From Phoronis australis (Eukaryota; Animalia; Phoronida), in assembly GCA_002633005.1 (NCBI GenBank), contig NMRA01000476.1, positions 226,911 through 290,910 of the forward strand: a stretch of 64,000 nucleotides of DNA, given 5' to 3'. The notes under the pieces are model-generated. The model ran no database searches, was not told the DNA's origin, and worked only from the letters and a program-made list of their open reading frames with translations. Within the stretch, counting starts at the first letter, position 1, and every line of letters begins with the position of its first letter. The position numbers and the translations under genes were made by a program. This document shows, in pieces, positions 39,701 to 53,160 of this stretch.

Positions 39701-42700
39701 TTTGAATGTCCCGTTTACACTCGTATGTAAATATACGCAATGCCCATGAACTGTTGGTAAATTTGAACACTTTAGCAGTGGACTGAAGCTTGGGCCTGTG
39801 GTGACCTGCCTACACATTTTGCTACATGATCAGAGTCTAGTTTAGACCACCACTCAGACCTTTCACTCATAGTGTAATCTTCGTTCTAGTTGTTACCTGG
39901 AGTACACAGTGAGCTAGATTAACAAGATACCACTCAACTTGTCAGGTATCACTATTCCACTGCTTCTCAAAATTATGCGTCCAAATAACCTTAATTCATT
40001 TCAAAAGTGGAGTGGACTTCAACCTATTTCATTCATCGGATAAAACAGATTGCAAAATCGGGTCTTTGCCTGCCTCTATTTCAATCTCTTCTGCCTTCAC
40101 CGCAGCTGGAGTGTCATTCGTTCGTAATGATGTTGTTATGTTGCCACTTTAATTGACTGCTTGGGGCTTATATTATCAACAGATAAGCGACTCAAAACAT
40201 TTTCATGGGTTGTAGAACCCTTAAGGTACTTCACTGAAAATTTTAATTTTTGTAAGTAGACGGTAACCAACATTTAATTCTCGATGAGTGAGCTTCTGAA
40301 TATTGGGACTCAAAATTTTCAGCAGTGGTTTGCTGTTTGCATATATTTCGAATCCAGGTAAAGTTATAATTTTGGAAATTTGACAACCTGTGCATCAAGT
40401 GATCCTTTGTGGTGCATCATGAGTCATAATAGCAAAATATTGATAAATTACTACAGATAATGTTGAGACTCACAAAAGTCTAGCTGTTGATGCAGTAGAA
40501 TACAAGTTGAATAAAAAATGACAAATTCCATCTCTTAATGACTACATGAGCACAGTTTTTGATCATCAGGTGCAGGCCTACAGTTAAGAAGTGCCAGAGA
40601 ACATGATAAACAAATAAATTTATCAATTTAGCAGCTATATTTCGAGAGCACATGTCTCCTCATCAGGCAAGTAGTAAAATGAACATGCTAGAAAAGAAAC
40701 CAACATTGAATGCAGGTAGATTAACTGATGTGGATACAACACACGAGTGGGAAGCCTACAAGCCACTAGAGAAACAGACCCAGAATGGTGAGGTAATTCG
40801 CATAACTGATTTACGACTCTGGTAGTAATCTTACCGGACTGAGGCAGTTTTTCATAACGAGTTAACATGACTTTATGGTCTGATAGTAAATAATGGCACC
40901 CAGTCTATTACCTGGTTTGACATTAGACATCTCATCGGCAACTTACTTTATAACTGTGTAAAGGATACCAGCGAGTGTCTTTGAAGCTATCCAACAGAAA
41001 AGACAGTAGCCTACGTGTACTTATCGCATATGTGAATTTGAAGTATGTGTCTCAAACATCGTCTGCGCTTAGTGACCTTTGACCTTTACCATCTGATTGG
41101 ACGGTTGGATCTTTTAAAAAAGTAATGTTTTAATTGGCATGTTGTCTTACATGTGTTGCAAAAGAAATAAGTAAATGTTTTCAAAATTAGACCACCTTTG
41201 TACCTGTTGACTTCGTGCGATGCGTTTTGAAAAATAAAATATTATATGTCATATTTCATGTTCTGGCAAATCTTGACTTCTCTGGACCTTTTTATTTCAA
41301 AGTTTGGAACGAATTACCCCGTTATTTTGATCTGTATACAGATAAATTGAAATTTGCTCCGTTTATTTGCTTGTTTGTCCGAAATTTGGCCAGAAAGTTG
41401 ACAGTGTGGCCATTTGACTAGATTACCACATGTTTTGCAGGCAAAATAGATTCCGATCGATATCATTACAGTAACGATGGAGCGTCAGTTGCGATATTGG
41501 CAAGAAACGAAGAAAAGGGACTCTGGCTTGAAAACGATCTTCGACAGAAAGGAAAGGTTGCCAAGTTCTACAAAGTTGATGTTTCCGACAGAGCGCAGTG
41601 CTTCCGAGTTGTGAAGCAGGTGGCAGACGACAACGGGGGAGAAATACACTTTTTAGTGAACAACGCTGCCCATTTCTTGCTCAGTGGAGACAGAGTATCC
41701 GGTAATATTACAAAGCGAAAACATCTTTTTTTTACAAAATTGCTACTGTAAAACTACTTAACATGTTCGTCGATACATAACGTTATGTCCTGGAAAAGGG
41801 AAATGTTGATTTAGGAGTTAAGTAGCACATAGTCAATATAAATAAAAATTTTGATCGAAAGTTACCCAAATGCCAATACAGATTGTTTTAAAAAACCCAC
41901 GACCTACGACCAACAACCCCCTCGACCCACGACCTGTGGTAATAGATGTATCTTTGCGCTTTTTACACATATCCTAATCATATTATGTCGCTGAACGACT
42001 TTCCCATAAGACTTACTTACACGCAAATCTGCTCTGGCTAAAGCCAGGTTGTTAAAAACAGAAAGTTGAGTAAGAACATGATCTGAAATAGCGAATTGTA
42101 AGCTTGCTATCGTTGTCACAGAAATAGTCCCACGAGTGGCTACCAATGGCCCCATTCTAAAATTATGGAGAGAGTACCTTAACGTGAATGGACATAATTT
42201 CACATTTTTATTATTTGCTTTCTGTTTCATATTCGTTGTATATACTCCATGTAACGTTGAGATACTTTCTTAGTTAATAGTTTGTTTTTTTCAAACTCCA
42301 TTTACTGAAGAAATTACAAATTCGGCAGTTCCTTTCACTTAAATCTACCATTCACTAAAGAGCATACGAGACGATTACATTTTACCGGGAACGACATTTG
42401 TAAGATTGGTGTGGTAGTTCTTTGGTTTGATTTTGTCACGTTTTTTTCGGTTTCTGACTTTCAAACTTGCCAAATCAACGCTTTTAATTGAAAAAAAAAA
42501 TAGTAAAAGCCACCCGAGCTCACGACCCGACTCATTGATCCTGCAAGAATGCCCAGTTATTCCTGGATCTTCCACTGGAACAAGAGGGAAAGAAAACCCA
42601 CCCGGCTGTCTAGCTTCCAAATCTCAGCATTTCTGGAAATGCTCAACTCATCTCGCGCACGGCAGTCCAGGGCTCGATTTTTTGCCCAGAATCCAAAGAG

Positions 42701-44903
42701 GTTACCCAGCTCCTCTACTCGGTTTCTCTCACTTACACTCCGGAGATCTGCCTCCCGTTCAGTAACGCTAGGACCTCGCTAAAAAGCAAGACTTCGCGAG
42801 ATTACGTGAGATATTGCCGTGCATTTTAAATGAGAACACGTGACTTTGACTACGTTTCAGCTAGGTCCTAGCGTAGGTCCTAGCGTCTACTGAACGCACG
42901 CCAGCTCACTGCATTTTTCACGTTGGCTCTGATGATGGCTACACATTGTCCTTGCCCATTTTCGTCACGGTTCCTAGCAAAGTAACAGCTGACAGGCCGC
43001 TGTCTTGATTGCGTTTAAAGCTACATTTCGTACTATTTAGTTGGTTAAAAACTAAAACTGAATTAGACCGAAATGCAGCTGTCACTGGCGTAGGTGATTT
43101 ATAATAAAATTACAAAAACAACAGATTGTGATGTTTTATAACTTTGGGGCCTGTTCCAATAAACTGACTTAAGTTCATTTTTGACTTAAGTCTCAGATTT
43201 GTCTCAACTTCCAAACTTCGAAGCTTCCACATCAGATAAGTTAGTCAAACTTAAGACAAAAGATTATTTTTATAATACATTTATTACATAATAGAACATT
43301 ACAATTTACAATTACAGAACACAGAAAACACACACACACACCGACACACGTACACCCAAGTTATCCCTCCTATCTCCATCAAATGTTACTTTCAAATTGA
43401 AAAGACTGTAAACAGATATTCTTTTTTGCTAAGTACTTTTGTGTTTTATGATAGTTAAAGACCACTACATTAAACGTTACAATATTCCAATTTCCAGAAT
43501 TATATTTAATATTCGCTAAAAGCAAAAATAAATTTATAAGATCTAAATGGAATGTCTGGACTGAAGTCAGTCCAAAAACAATACGAACTAAAAGGCAATT
43601 CTTGATCATACTCTTTCATCCGAGGTTTAAAATCATTCCAGAAACGTCCAGGGACATTAGATTCCTGTAACACATGTGAAAGACAACTTGAAGTTTTATC
43701 TGAAAACTGACTTAAATTAAGATTTGTCTTAGCCAATTCAGATTTCTTGGAACGGACACCTGGTCAAAGTTGGCGTAGTTCCAAAAATTCATCTCTGTCA
43801 AAAATAACTACTAATATACGTTTGCCGGTCATACCGATTCTCCCCCTAATGCGCCTATAGTTGCAATGGTGCTCATAGATGTTTCCTTTTAGCTCAATAA
43901 AGAGTTCAGTTTAACTTTTAATGAATGTCTCTACCCACAGTACCATTCACGGAGGTCACACCAGACAGCTGGATGAACATGATGTCCGTTAACGTTGTTG
44001 GTATTTCCAACATGGTACAAGCATGTCTACCATATATGACAAACGGTATGCTCTTTGATGTTGTAACTGACAGAAATTCTTATCATAAATGCAAAATTCA
44101 GTTTTCGCTGTATCTAATACAAACTTTGCGTGATTCGGTAATTGCCATTCTGATGTGATGTTGAAAGGCATTTTTACTTTTGTTCATAAGTCCTCGCAAT
44201 ATATTATCGTCCGATTCATTTTGTAAGTAAATGGAGCCAATGAAGGAATTGTTAACAAAAAAATCAATTCCAGATGGACCTAACTGCGCTATAGTTAACA
44301 TAGGCAGTAATTCTGCCCACATGGCTGAAAGAGGGACGCACGTGTACAATTCGTCAAAGTCTGCTGTGCTCATGTTGACCAAGTGCTTAGCCGTTGAGCT
44401 GTCTGAATATCGTATTAGGGTTAACTCTGTGAGTCCCGGATGGACTTGGACGCCAGTGGTAGGTATAATGTATTTCTGTGGATCGATACAGTAGCGTGAC
44501 CATCTATCGGAATTAACGAATATCAGTTCCGCCAGTTGTTTTCAGTAAGACCTCCTTCAAGATTACTTGACATTGATATGGAGTACTCAATTTTGGTTGC
44601 GTTAGGATCTTGTGTACGTAGTTGTGAGTGAGGGGAACGCCTCCACACTCAAGACAAGTTCAGGGTACGAGATCTTTTAACGTTTTTATTTTTTTTTTCT
44701 AGGCCGTGACACACTTCGGGGAAGAAAGTTTAAAAGTTAAAGCTGAACTCGGTGCAAAGCACATGACTGGTTGTATAGCGGAAGCTTCCGGTATTGCAGC
44801 AGCCATTTTGTTTTTGTGCAGCCAAGACGCGCGATTTATCGATGGCATTGATTTGCAAGTAGACGGCGGATTCACATCAATGGGACCCGAGGGCTTGAAT
44901 TAA
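33795..44903 (+). CDS. Classical short-chain dehydrogenase/reductase (SDR), 5 exons, 294 aa
   Basis: Exons 33795-33958, 41472-41701, 43941-44045, 44274-44458 and 44703-44903, all GT-AG and in phase (885 nt). Motifs: FKGKVAIVTGGNSGIG (TGxxxGxG), VDVSD, LVNNAA, IVNIGS, YNSSK (YxxxK), IRVNSVSPG, FLCS..ARFIDG..LQVDGG. Confidence 0.93.
34715..37220 (+). mobile_element. Head-to-tail dimer of a second HINE family in SDR intron 1
   Basis: 5' end: subTIR ACTCTGCGCGTG, inverted copy GCGCAGAGT, then a (TTCTTA/TTC)n microsatellite. 3' end: CACGCGCAGAGT, hairpin TTATTGTCAC-GCC-GTGACAATAA, then CTAGTT. Units are 34715-~36026 and ~36025-37220, with internal ~430-bp subrepeats. Confidence 0.85.
37918..38455. 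mobile_element. Second copy of the TTAA MITE
   Basis: ttaa|agaggcctggaacgcga ... tcgcgttccatgcctct; colinear with 28933-29468. Confidence 0.8.
39151..39416. mobile_element. MITE with ~60-bp inverted arms and an internal 20-bp tandem repeat
   Basis: ggtgaatgttacacaggtaaattac..aagttaattcttgttagagg versus cctctaacaagaattaactt..gtaatttacctgtgtaacgttcacc. The interior has about six aaagtaattatttg units. Confidence 0.8.
43147..43760. mobile_element. Probable MITE with GG...CC termini (PIF/Harbinger-like)
   Basis: ggggcctgttccaa ... ttggaacggacacc form an imperfect TIR, with repeated aactgacttaa motifs inside. Confidence 0.45.
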
Positions 44904-45386
44904 CTTTTAACGGGACCTAAACTTTGACAACCAGATAATCATGTTATCCTTTGTTACACTCTGAGACTAGGTCTATTATTCGTTTGCAGTGTTCATTATT
45001 CAACAATAGCTTGCAGGTGTGTATGGGAATATTTCAAAAAATATTATAAAACAATCTTAACATGTACCCAGTAGCCAGAACACAAATCAAACAGACACCA
45101 AGTTGGAAAATTTTCTCTGATGCTTGCAAATGAAATTTTCAGAATGGAGGCAAAATACTTGTTGAGAGTAGTAACCAAGTCAAATTCCCTTGTGTATTTA
45201 TGGAACCTTAAAAGATCTAACACAATACCGTCTCTACCACAGGGCCCATTAGGACACTTGCCCGGGGGCCACCTGATTAGTGAGACCCCACGCCGATCCA
45301 AAAAGTCAAATGATACTAGTGCGTGCCGGTGTGAAAGTTAAGAATGTCTCCCTATACTATTACGATGATAAAATTCAATACCGACT

Positions 45387-45960
45387 TTGGCTAAAAGGTC
45401 TCTAACGCCTCTTGGCAGAGTAACTGTTATTAAGTCATTTGCTCTGTCAAATTTGGTCTGTCTTATGACAACATTGACATCACCGCGAGACGACAATGTT
45501 GAATTGCAACACAATCTGTTTTATAGTTTCATCTGGCGAAACGAACCTGACAAAAATAAGAGAACCGCCTTAGTTAAACATTTTTCTTTTGGAGGGTGCA
45601 AAATGGTAGACTTGTCTTGAAGCCATTCACTTTATCTCTTAAAATTTCGTAGTTTAGAAGATTGGCAATAGAGCCTGGAAGAAAATGTTAATTTCAAAAA
45701 ATAGGTTGTTTTCACGTAACATGTTTCATTTTGATAAGGCCTATAATCGTTCTCCAGTAAACTTAGTTCGTAATCAGTTTGGGGAAGGTGTTTTTCGAAA
45801 TGTTGGAGAGTTGATCAGCATTTTAACTCCTGACAAGGCAATGAGTCTCTATGATCCAATTTGGTTTAATCCCAAAATTTCAATTGACAGGAAGTACGTA
45901 CAGTATATATTTTATTAGAGTTGGTATGCAAGGGCTTTGTTTATTTTTGATTTGTTAGAT
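45387..45960 (+). mobile_element. Decayed L1/Tx1-clade LINE ORF2 fragment (region C-terminal to the RT)
   Basis: KRSLTPLGRVTVIKSFALSNL...FYSFIWRNEPDKNKRTALVKHFSFGGCKMVD followed by PIWFNPKI; stops and frameshifts. The relic may continue to ~47230. Confidence 0.75.
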
Positions 45961-46110
45961 TTTAGTATCAATTTGATGTCTTACGGGTGGTGTGCAAGGG
46001 CTTTGTTTATTTTTGATTTGTTAGATTTTAATGGCAATTTGAGATGTTTTACGGGTGGTACGTAAGGACTTTGTTTATTTTTGATTTGTTGGATTTTAAT
46101 GGCAATTTTG
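45922..46110. repeat. Three ~63-bp tandem copies (gcaagggctttgtttatttttgatttgttagatttt...)
   Basis: Directly visible triplication inside the LINE relic. Confidence 0.85.
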
Positions 46111-46126
46111 TATCTTACGAGTGCAT

Positions 46127-47025
46127 TCTCTCGGGAACCTAGCATTGCGTTCCGGGCTCTATGCGTCCCGGGTTCTATGTGTCCCGGGTTCTATGTGTCC
46201 CGTTTTATGGATTTCGGATTCTATGTGTCCCGGGTTTTATGTGTTCCGGGTTCTGTATGTGTCCTGGGTTCTATGCGCACGGGGTTCTGTGCGGACGAAT
46301 GCGCAAGTTTTAACTACAAACACCATTTTAGGTGCACATGACAATTTTGAGGTGCTTTCTCGATCCTGATATAAGACAAACAAACTTGACATCGTTAACC
46401 CTGAGTTGCATGCATAATTTGGTCAAAACTTGGCCTAATAGCATAAATTACATGCAGATATATCTTCGGAACCACTTGACAGAATTTCAGGATGTGTGGG
46501 TCAATTCTTATATTCACCAGGGCGCCCAATAATTTTTTTACACTAACGAGGTCATTCAAGGACAGAATCACGTGATAATTTCCCCCAAAAAACACTGCCT
46601 ATAGCCAAAAATGTACATTTCAAAACACAGGCAGTATATGCAGGTTCCATAAGAAATTGCCATACTTGATCCACATCACCATTTTGAATGGCCCTTTCAA
46701 ACATGATAAAAGGCAAATTAACTCGACCTCATTAACGCTAATTTGCATGCATAATTAGTTCATAATTGTTGGTCGTAAACAGCGATTTTTACCCAGAAAG
46801 TGCATAACATTCAAAAAGAGCCAGTTTGTGCAGATTAAGAAGAAATTCCATACTTTGCCTAAACGATCATTTTGAGTCGCTCTCAAAACCAAATAGGGCA
46901 AAAAGTTCTACAACAACCACACCGGGATACACAGAACCTCGTATACTTAAAAACCCTTCGAGCGCACAAAAATGGACACATAGAACCCGGGACAAAGTAC
47001 CCAGGACACATCGGGATGACCTCGA
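46127..47025. mobile_element. Foldback-type element with 15-bp subterminal repeats (ccgggttctatgtgt)
   Basis: Tandem units at ~46150-46290, and inverted units (acacatagaacccgg) at ~46920-47015. Confidence 0.7.
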
Positions 47026-48119
47026 TTCTCTCCACCATCCACAGTATCCATGTGCGTGAGATGTGTACTTGTTTTTACAAAAAAGTTAAATAAAGACTAA
47101 ATGTAGCACCTTTGTGTTTATGGTGAAGCGTCCACAGATTAAATATTGCAACACGGAAAAGGTAATTTACCTTAAAAACTCGAATTTTGAATTATTTAGA
47201 AAAGGTGGGTCCTTGTACAAGGACTTTTTGTCTGATACTGTAATGCTTTTTTGATTAAACAATAATTTTTACAAATATGTCAAAATGAAAGAGAAAACAT
47301 TCATACCCGCATATATACGCTCATGCATACGCACATGCAAGCATGTGGTGGGGGTCATTTGCAACTCGAAAATAAACTGCCTCAAAGTAAAAGTACCATA
47401 GGAGGCCATCTGTTTATATTTTAGATTACTGTAAAGTAAATATTTTTCAATTTTGAAATACTCGAATACTTAGTTTTTAAAGTATGTCAAATTAGGAGTC
47501 AAAGACGCTGCCGATAAATACAATTAGATTACCTCCTTCAATCTTCCCAAAAATATATCTAGGTTTGAAAGCTCTAACAAGGTTTCGTTTCCGCACTTTT
47601 TTCAAACTGCACATAGATATGTATCTTTGACTCTAAATATAAGTTTGTACTAGGTTTTAACCAATCTCAATCTAGTATCACTAGTAAATTGTTAAGTAAA
47701 CCGGGAGATGCATCAATACCAATGTCAGTTTCCCACTTATGTTCATGTTTCGTTTTTGTATAACTGGAATATTTGAGAGACTAACATTAAAAGACATTAC
47801 CGGGGATCCTGTCTTCAAACAAATTGCCTTGAGACTATAAAACAAAGTGAAAGGTGGAGAAAAGTCATGCCTAATAAACAAGGATTGATGAGACATAAAT
47901 AATACGTCAATATCTAAGAAATTACAAACATTAGTAATGCCTTATTTAAACCACTGGCTATGAAGTATTACATTCATATCTATTAATATGTTACTATATA
48001 CCAGATTGGAATGTAAGAGAAGTCGTGAGTACACAAACACATAATTTGTGCTACATACGTAAAGAGCTCAGACCAAAATACATTTTTAAAGTCTTGCACA
48101 AGTGCAAAGTAAGAAATTG

Positions 48120-51100
48120 GAAAAAATAAACTTGTCACTAGGGTAGCACAGCGATAGTCGGACCCGTCCAAGTGTCGTCGTCATCGTCCATTGTCAATTT
48201 CAGATAAAAAAAAACTTGCCAACTTTATTAAAGATCCTGCAGAGATATTAGGCGATACAGCCACAGACGCAAAAACTACCACTATGAGGCGCATTAGTAG
48301 TCTGGATCGTCCGAAAATCATCATCAGCATCTTCACACCAGAACTATATATGCCAATTTTCATAATTATCCTGAGAGTCGTTTGGTTGGTTGAGGGGCGG
48401 AGGTTCAAAAGAAACTAGAACAGTGATCACTAGATGCCCCTCCCTGCATGTGCAGATCGAATCTCTGAATTTTGACCGGGAGAGAAATTCAGCTGAACGC
48501 CAGCTTACAGGTTTATGAATAACAAAAACGTACCTCTGTTAGGTTGAAATAAATAAAAAAATAATAAAAATGTCCTTGAAAACAACAATTTCCGGGGACT
48601 ATACCGCTAGTGTGCTGACGGATCCAGCAGGTGTCGAGACAAAGGCGGCCAGACGTAGGAAACTCGGGAGTCACAATCTGAGATAGCCCACCATATAGCC
48701 GCCAAGCTGAAAAGTGCGTATCTTGGAACTAATATATTTGTGTTTATTATAGCCTTCGAGTTATCAAGCAACATCGCTAAGTTCAGCTGCTCGTGTGGCC
48801 GTACAGTTTGATCAATAGTTTACGCTTTTCAACATCATTTTTCGGCTTAGGACTGACATGCCAAAAAAATGACTTATTCTTGAGCAGCATAACGGCTGTC
48901 GGTGCTACACACGCCATGTCAACACCGTTTCCCCATTCTTAGCGGACAATTTCTTGAGCTATACAATAAAGTAAGTTTTACTCGACTACGTGTGGTTTGT
49001 CGGGTATAATGGCGGCTTGGAAACGCAGACGAAGGTGTGCCAAGAATGCTTTGTTCTGATTGGTCAATTAAGCCGTCCGTCATAATCCTGGCGATAGGTC
49101 AATTGTGTGGCTAATAAAGAGGGACGGAAGCCAAAAACAGACCCAAATGCACTAAAAATTTTCACTGTGGCGCAAAATACCATGAATCCATCCAAAACAG
49201 GAAGAGAACGTCATATCGGACTAATAGGAGCCTAGTTTCTAAATTTTATGAAAATCCGTTAGGAACCTCCGATGATACAGAGGTAAACGTAAACAACATC
49301 AACGTGGAGCGTAGAAATGCGCCAACGACATCATCGCAAAGGGTGTGTTTCTATGAGTGTTTTTAGTATCATAAAATGGACATTACAATTGAGAAGGTGG
49401 AAAAATCTCTGTAATACAAGACTATTTGACAAATTTCATGAAAATAAGCCAATGAAGTCCCAAGATGTAAAGGCAAACGTAAAAAATGGAGAGCACAACT
49501 ATTGTCCGACTCGTCTGAAACGCATCGTCATCTGTTGCCATCTCTACAGGAGCCCGTCAGTCAAATTTTCTAGTGCAAAGATCCTTTAAAGGGTTAGGGA
49601 GATACAGCTTATAGATGCAAAAAAAAAGCAAAATTGCATTTAAGAAGCGCCAGAATAGTCGAGAACATCTGAAAATCAACGTCATCCGGGGTCTTCTCAT
49701 CAGGAACAGAATTGTCAATTTTCATGATCCTTTGAATGATTTGGTAGATAGAGAAAAAGACATAATTTGTGCACAAAAATTTAAATAGCCAACAGGTTGC
49801 GCAGAAACCGTCAAATCTGTCTGAAAATAGGAAGGCGTTGACGCCTCCTTAATAGAAACATATTCTACAAATTCCATGAACTACGACGATACAGAGGCCA
49901 CAAGTGAAAAATACATTTTGTCACTAGGGAGAACAGTAGTATTTGGATCAGTTCGACACTCGTTAGCATTTGTCGTCGGCTCCATAGGAATACAGCTTCC
50001 AAATTTGAATGAAGCTCCTTCAAAGGGTTAAGGAGATTTGACCGCAGATGCAAATGAAAACAAAATCGCCACTAATGGGTGACACAGTATTCGTACCCGT
50101 CCATAAGTCAACGTCAGTCGTGATCGTCTCATCTGGAAAACACCTGTAAATTTTTATAATGATCCTTTGAGCGGTAACGCAGATACGGAGGCGGGTGCTA
50201 GAAAGTGGCCGCATGGGATAACATCATTGCCTTCTTCTTCAAAACCTATTTGTATATCTTTACCCAATTTCATTAAAATCTATTGAGGAACTCCGAAGAT
50301 ACAGAGGCAAACGTAAAAGAAATAAATTTGCCACTAGGGGGTGCAGTGGTATTTGCATCGGTACGAAACACGTTGTCATCTGTCGTCAGTTGGATAGGAA
50401 CACACCTGCTAAATTTGAATAAAAGCCTGCAGACGGTTTAGGAGATACAACCAAAGAGTGTATTGTACTACACTCCTTGATACAATCACGGACGCAAAAA
50501 AGCAAAACTGTCACTAGGAGTTACCACAGTAGTCGAAATGATCCGAAATCACCGTCATCTGTCCTCTTTGCAGTAGGAACATATATGCCAATGTTCACGA
50601 TCTTCCTTAGGGTGATTTGATTGACAGAGGGGGACGCCAAATAGAGACTCAAAAACAGTGAAAAGGGCCTCTAGATGGCGCAAAAAACGTGGAATCTATC
50701 CAAGCACAGGAAGGCAACTCCATCTCACTACAAGAAACCTATTAGCTAACTTCATAAAAATCCGTTAACGACCTCTGAAAATACAGAAGTAAACGTAAAA
50801 ACACGCTTCACCGGTAGTTTGAAAATTCGATCATGCCGTCCCATCCATAAAAGAAACATACAGGTGTACTTTCAAAATTTCATGAACATACATTAAAGAA
50901 TTTTGGAGATAAAGCAGCGGACGCCGGACGCCCGAAGGACAGACGGGCAGGGATATTGGCATAAATATGTGGGCGCATAAAAACTCAAATTGCCTCTAGG
51001 AGGTACACTTGTTAGAGATCCGACTAAAATTCGTTCATGCCGTCCCATTCATAAAAGCAACGTATAGTAGCGTCACAATTTCATGAACATACATCGGAGG

Positions 51101-51222
51101 TTTTTGGAGATAGAGCAGCGTACGACAGAAGATGGAGGCTGGACACTCGGATGCCGGACGAATTGCCTAGCGGACGGACAGGCATGACGGCGTAATGTAA
51201 ATAATTATGTGAGCGCATAACA
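48120..51222 (-). mobile_element. Old HINE array of the 1600-3028 family with satellite-like internal repeats
   Basis: Degenerate 3' end at ~49292-49325 (caacgtggagcgtagaaatgcgcc). Two 5' ends, at ~50920-50982 (ggacgccggacg..atgtgggcgcataaaaa) and ~51110-51222. Many diverged aaattgccactagggg..aaatttcatgaa..gagatac units lie between. Confidence 0.7.
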
Positions 51223-52599
51223 AAAGGCATCAACGGCATACTTTAGAGTAGTACTCTAAGTTGCCGAAGGACACACTCTACCTGTAGTTGGCTGAAACAA
51301 TTTCTCGTGCTATGTCACTTTAATTGTTTAAAAGCAAAGCGAGTCTGTCGCTTCCTGGTTTACATGAGAAGCACCAGTCTTTTCCTTGGTCGACGACAGG
51401 TATGAGTTTAAGAGTCTGGCTGACGAGAAGCCTCTTTCAGTTGAGGCGGTGGTAACTGATTGTTAAACGAAGTCGTACCACACTTGGCATCCTCCTGGCA
51501 ACTGGCAACTCTTGCATGATGGTCACCAAAGTGTGAGTACTAGTTACCTTTGTTGATCTTGCAAACTGCAGGTTGGCTTTTGCCATATCAACAACATCAG
51601 GGAGAAGAAAGATCTTTCTCATAATTGTTTCTGATTACTGACGTCAACTATTTCAATGTCGTCTGCTGATCATTTTTTACGTAAAATTTAGCAAAAAGAA
51701 ACGCGTGAAGATAGGAAAACAACAGTATCAATGACATGATCAATTTTTTTTTTTATTTCAATTGTTCAGGATGGAGATTTTCAAGAAATCTGATACAGTT
51801 TTTAATATCATGTCATTTTTGTCTTAATTTTATGTTTTTCATGAAAATCGCAAAAGTCCTGTCTTAATTGACCTTCAAGCAAAAGCGAAAACTAGTAAAA
51901 TAACAATATTTTGTTGAATAAAACATTTAAATTAACTAGGCATTTCATATAGGATTAGCCATTACTGAGTTAAGATGGTCCAAAGTTAGATATATTTGGA
52001 CATTTTTCTAGGCTCCGATACATCTTTAAAATGGATTTTTACACTTTTGAGATTTTAGACCATGTTTAATAATTTTATAACACAAAATCTAACTATTCAA
52101 GCATTTATTTTGGGAAATAATTTAGGAGTTTTGAATTTTAAAAAAATATTTTTTGGTTTCTCGCCAAGTGATGTCATCAGTGGAAGACGTTGATCAGTTG
52201 ACAGTATATTTGCAATGACGGATAGTAGTGATTTTGAAAATTATGAAGAATTAGAAGGCAAGCTTGACGAGTTATGGAGATGGGGGTAAAGACGGCATTG
52301 ATTTCATTTCTTCCAATGCCGAGTGCATGCGTTTGTCAGGAACCATCATATCTAATTATAGTGATGCTAACTGGATTTTATTTCTGGTGAATGATTCTCG
52401 TTTCTGTCTTGTCTGTTCCAAAATTATGAAAGCTATGTGCCGTTCGGATTCGTCATTTCGGTCCAATGTCCGACTTCAGCCCTGCGCCGGCTGCGGTCGT
52501 GAGCTCAATCTACATGAGTACAGTGTTCGAGCTTCAGCAAATAAATGCGCTGGCCCGCCGGGACAGTTACTTGAATATGAGACCACATTCGTATAGGGC

Positions 52600-53160
52600 T
52601 TATTCCACTGTTGTGATGTAAACACAAGATCTCTATTTAGAGAGTTTGAGAGAACCAAAATTAAATTCCTAAAAACAGAATAGAGTCGTCTCTTCAATGA
52701 AATATGCATAGGGCTTATATGTGAGTTTACTGGCCCGGCCACGGTCACTGGCCCCGAGCCACCGTGTATTTCGAACGCTGCATGCGTGGCATCTACATCC
52801 CATTTTCTTCTATTGGGTATAGACGTATATTTGGATAGCATGCATTCTCACAAAATCTTGAACAAGAATAGACTGATGTACGGTGGCCCAAGAAGACATC
52901 GCGCGTTTGTTTTTTAACTATCTCAGGATCTCGAGATCCCCGAATAATTTTCCTCAGTGTGTCGCTGTACGTATAACAGTGTTCTGGCGCGTCGCATTGG
53001 AACACCATCTTTATTGCCAACAGAAAGAATGGTTCGCACAGTTTTTCGTTTCACCACTAAGCTAGTGACACATTTGTGGTGCATGAATCTATAATCATGT
53101 TGTTGGTCTGGCATCGATATTTGTCCATCTATGAAACCAATCACATCATCAATGTCTGAA
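52600..53160 (-). pseudogene. Possible highly decayed PIF/Harbinger DDE transposase fragment
   Basis: DDVIGFIDG, then FQCD, RGSRD and ACYP, in the order of the Harbinger motifs G.IDG / VCD / PGS.HD / D.GYP. Many frame breaks. Confidence 0.3.
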
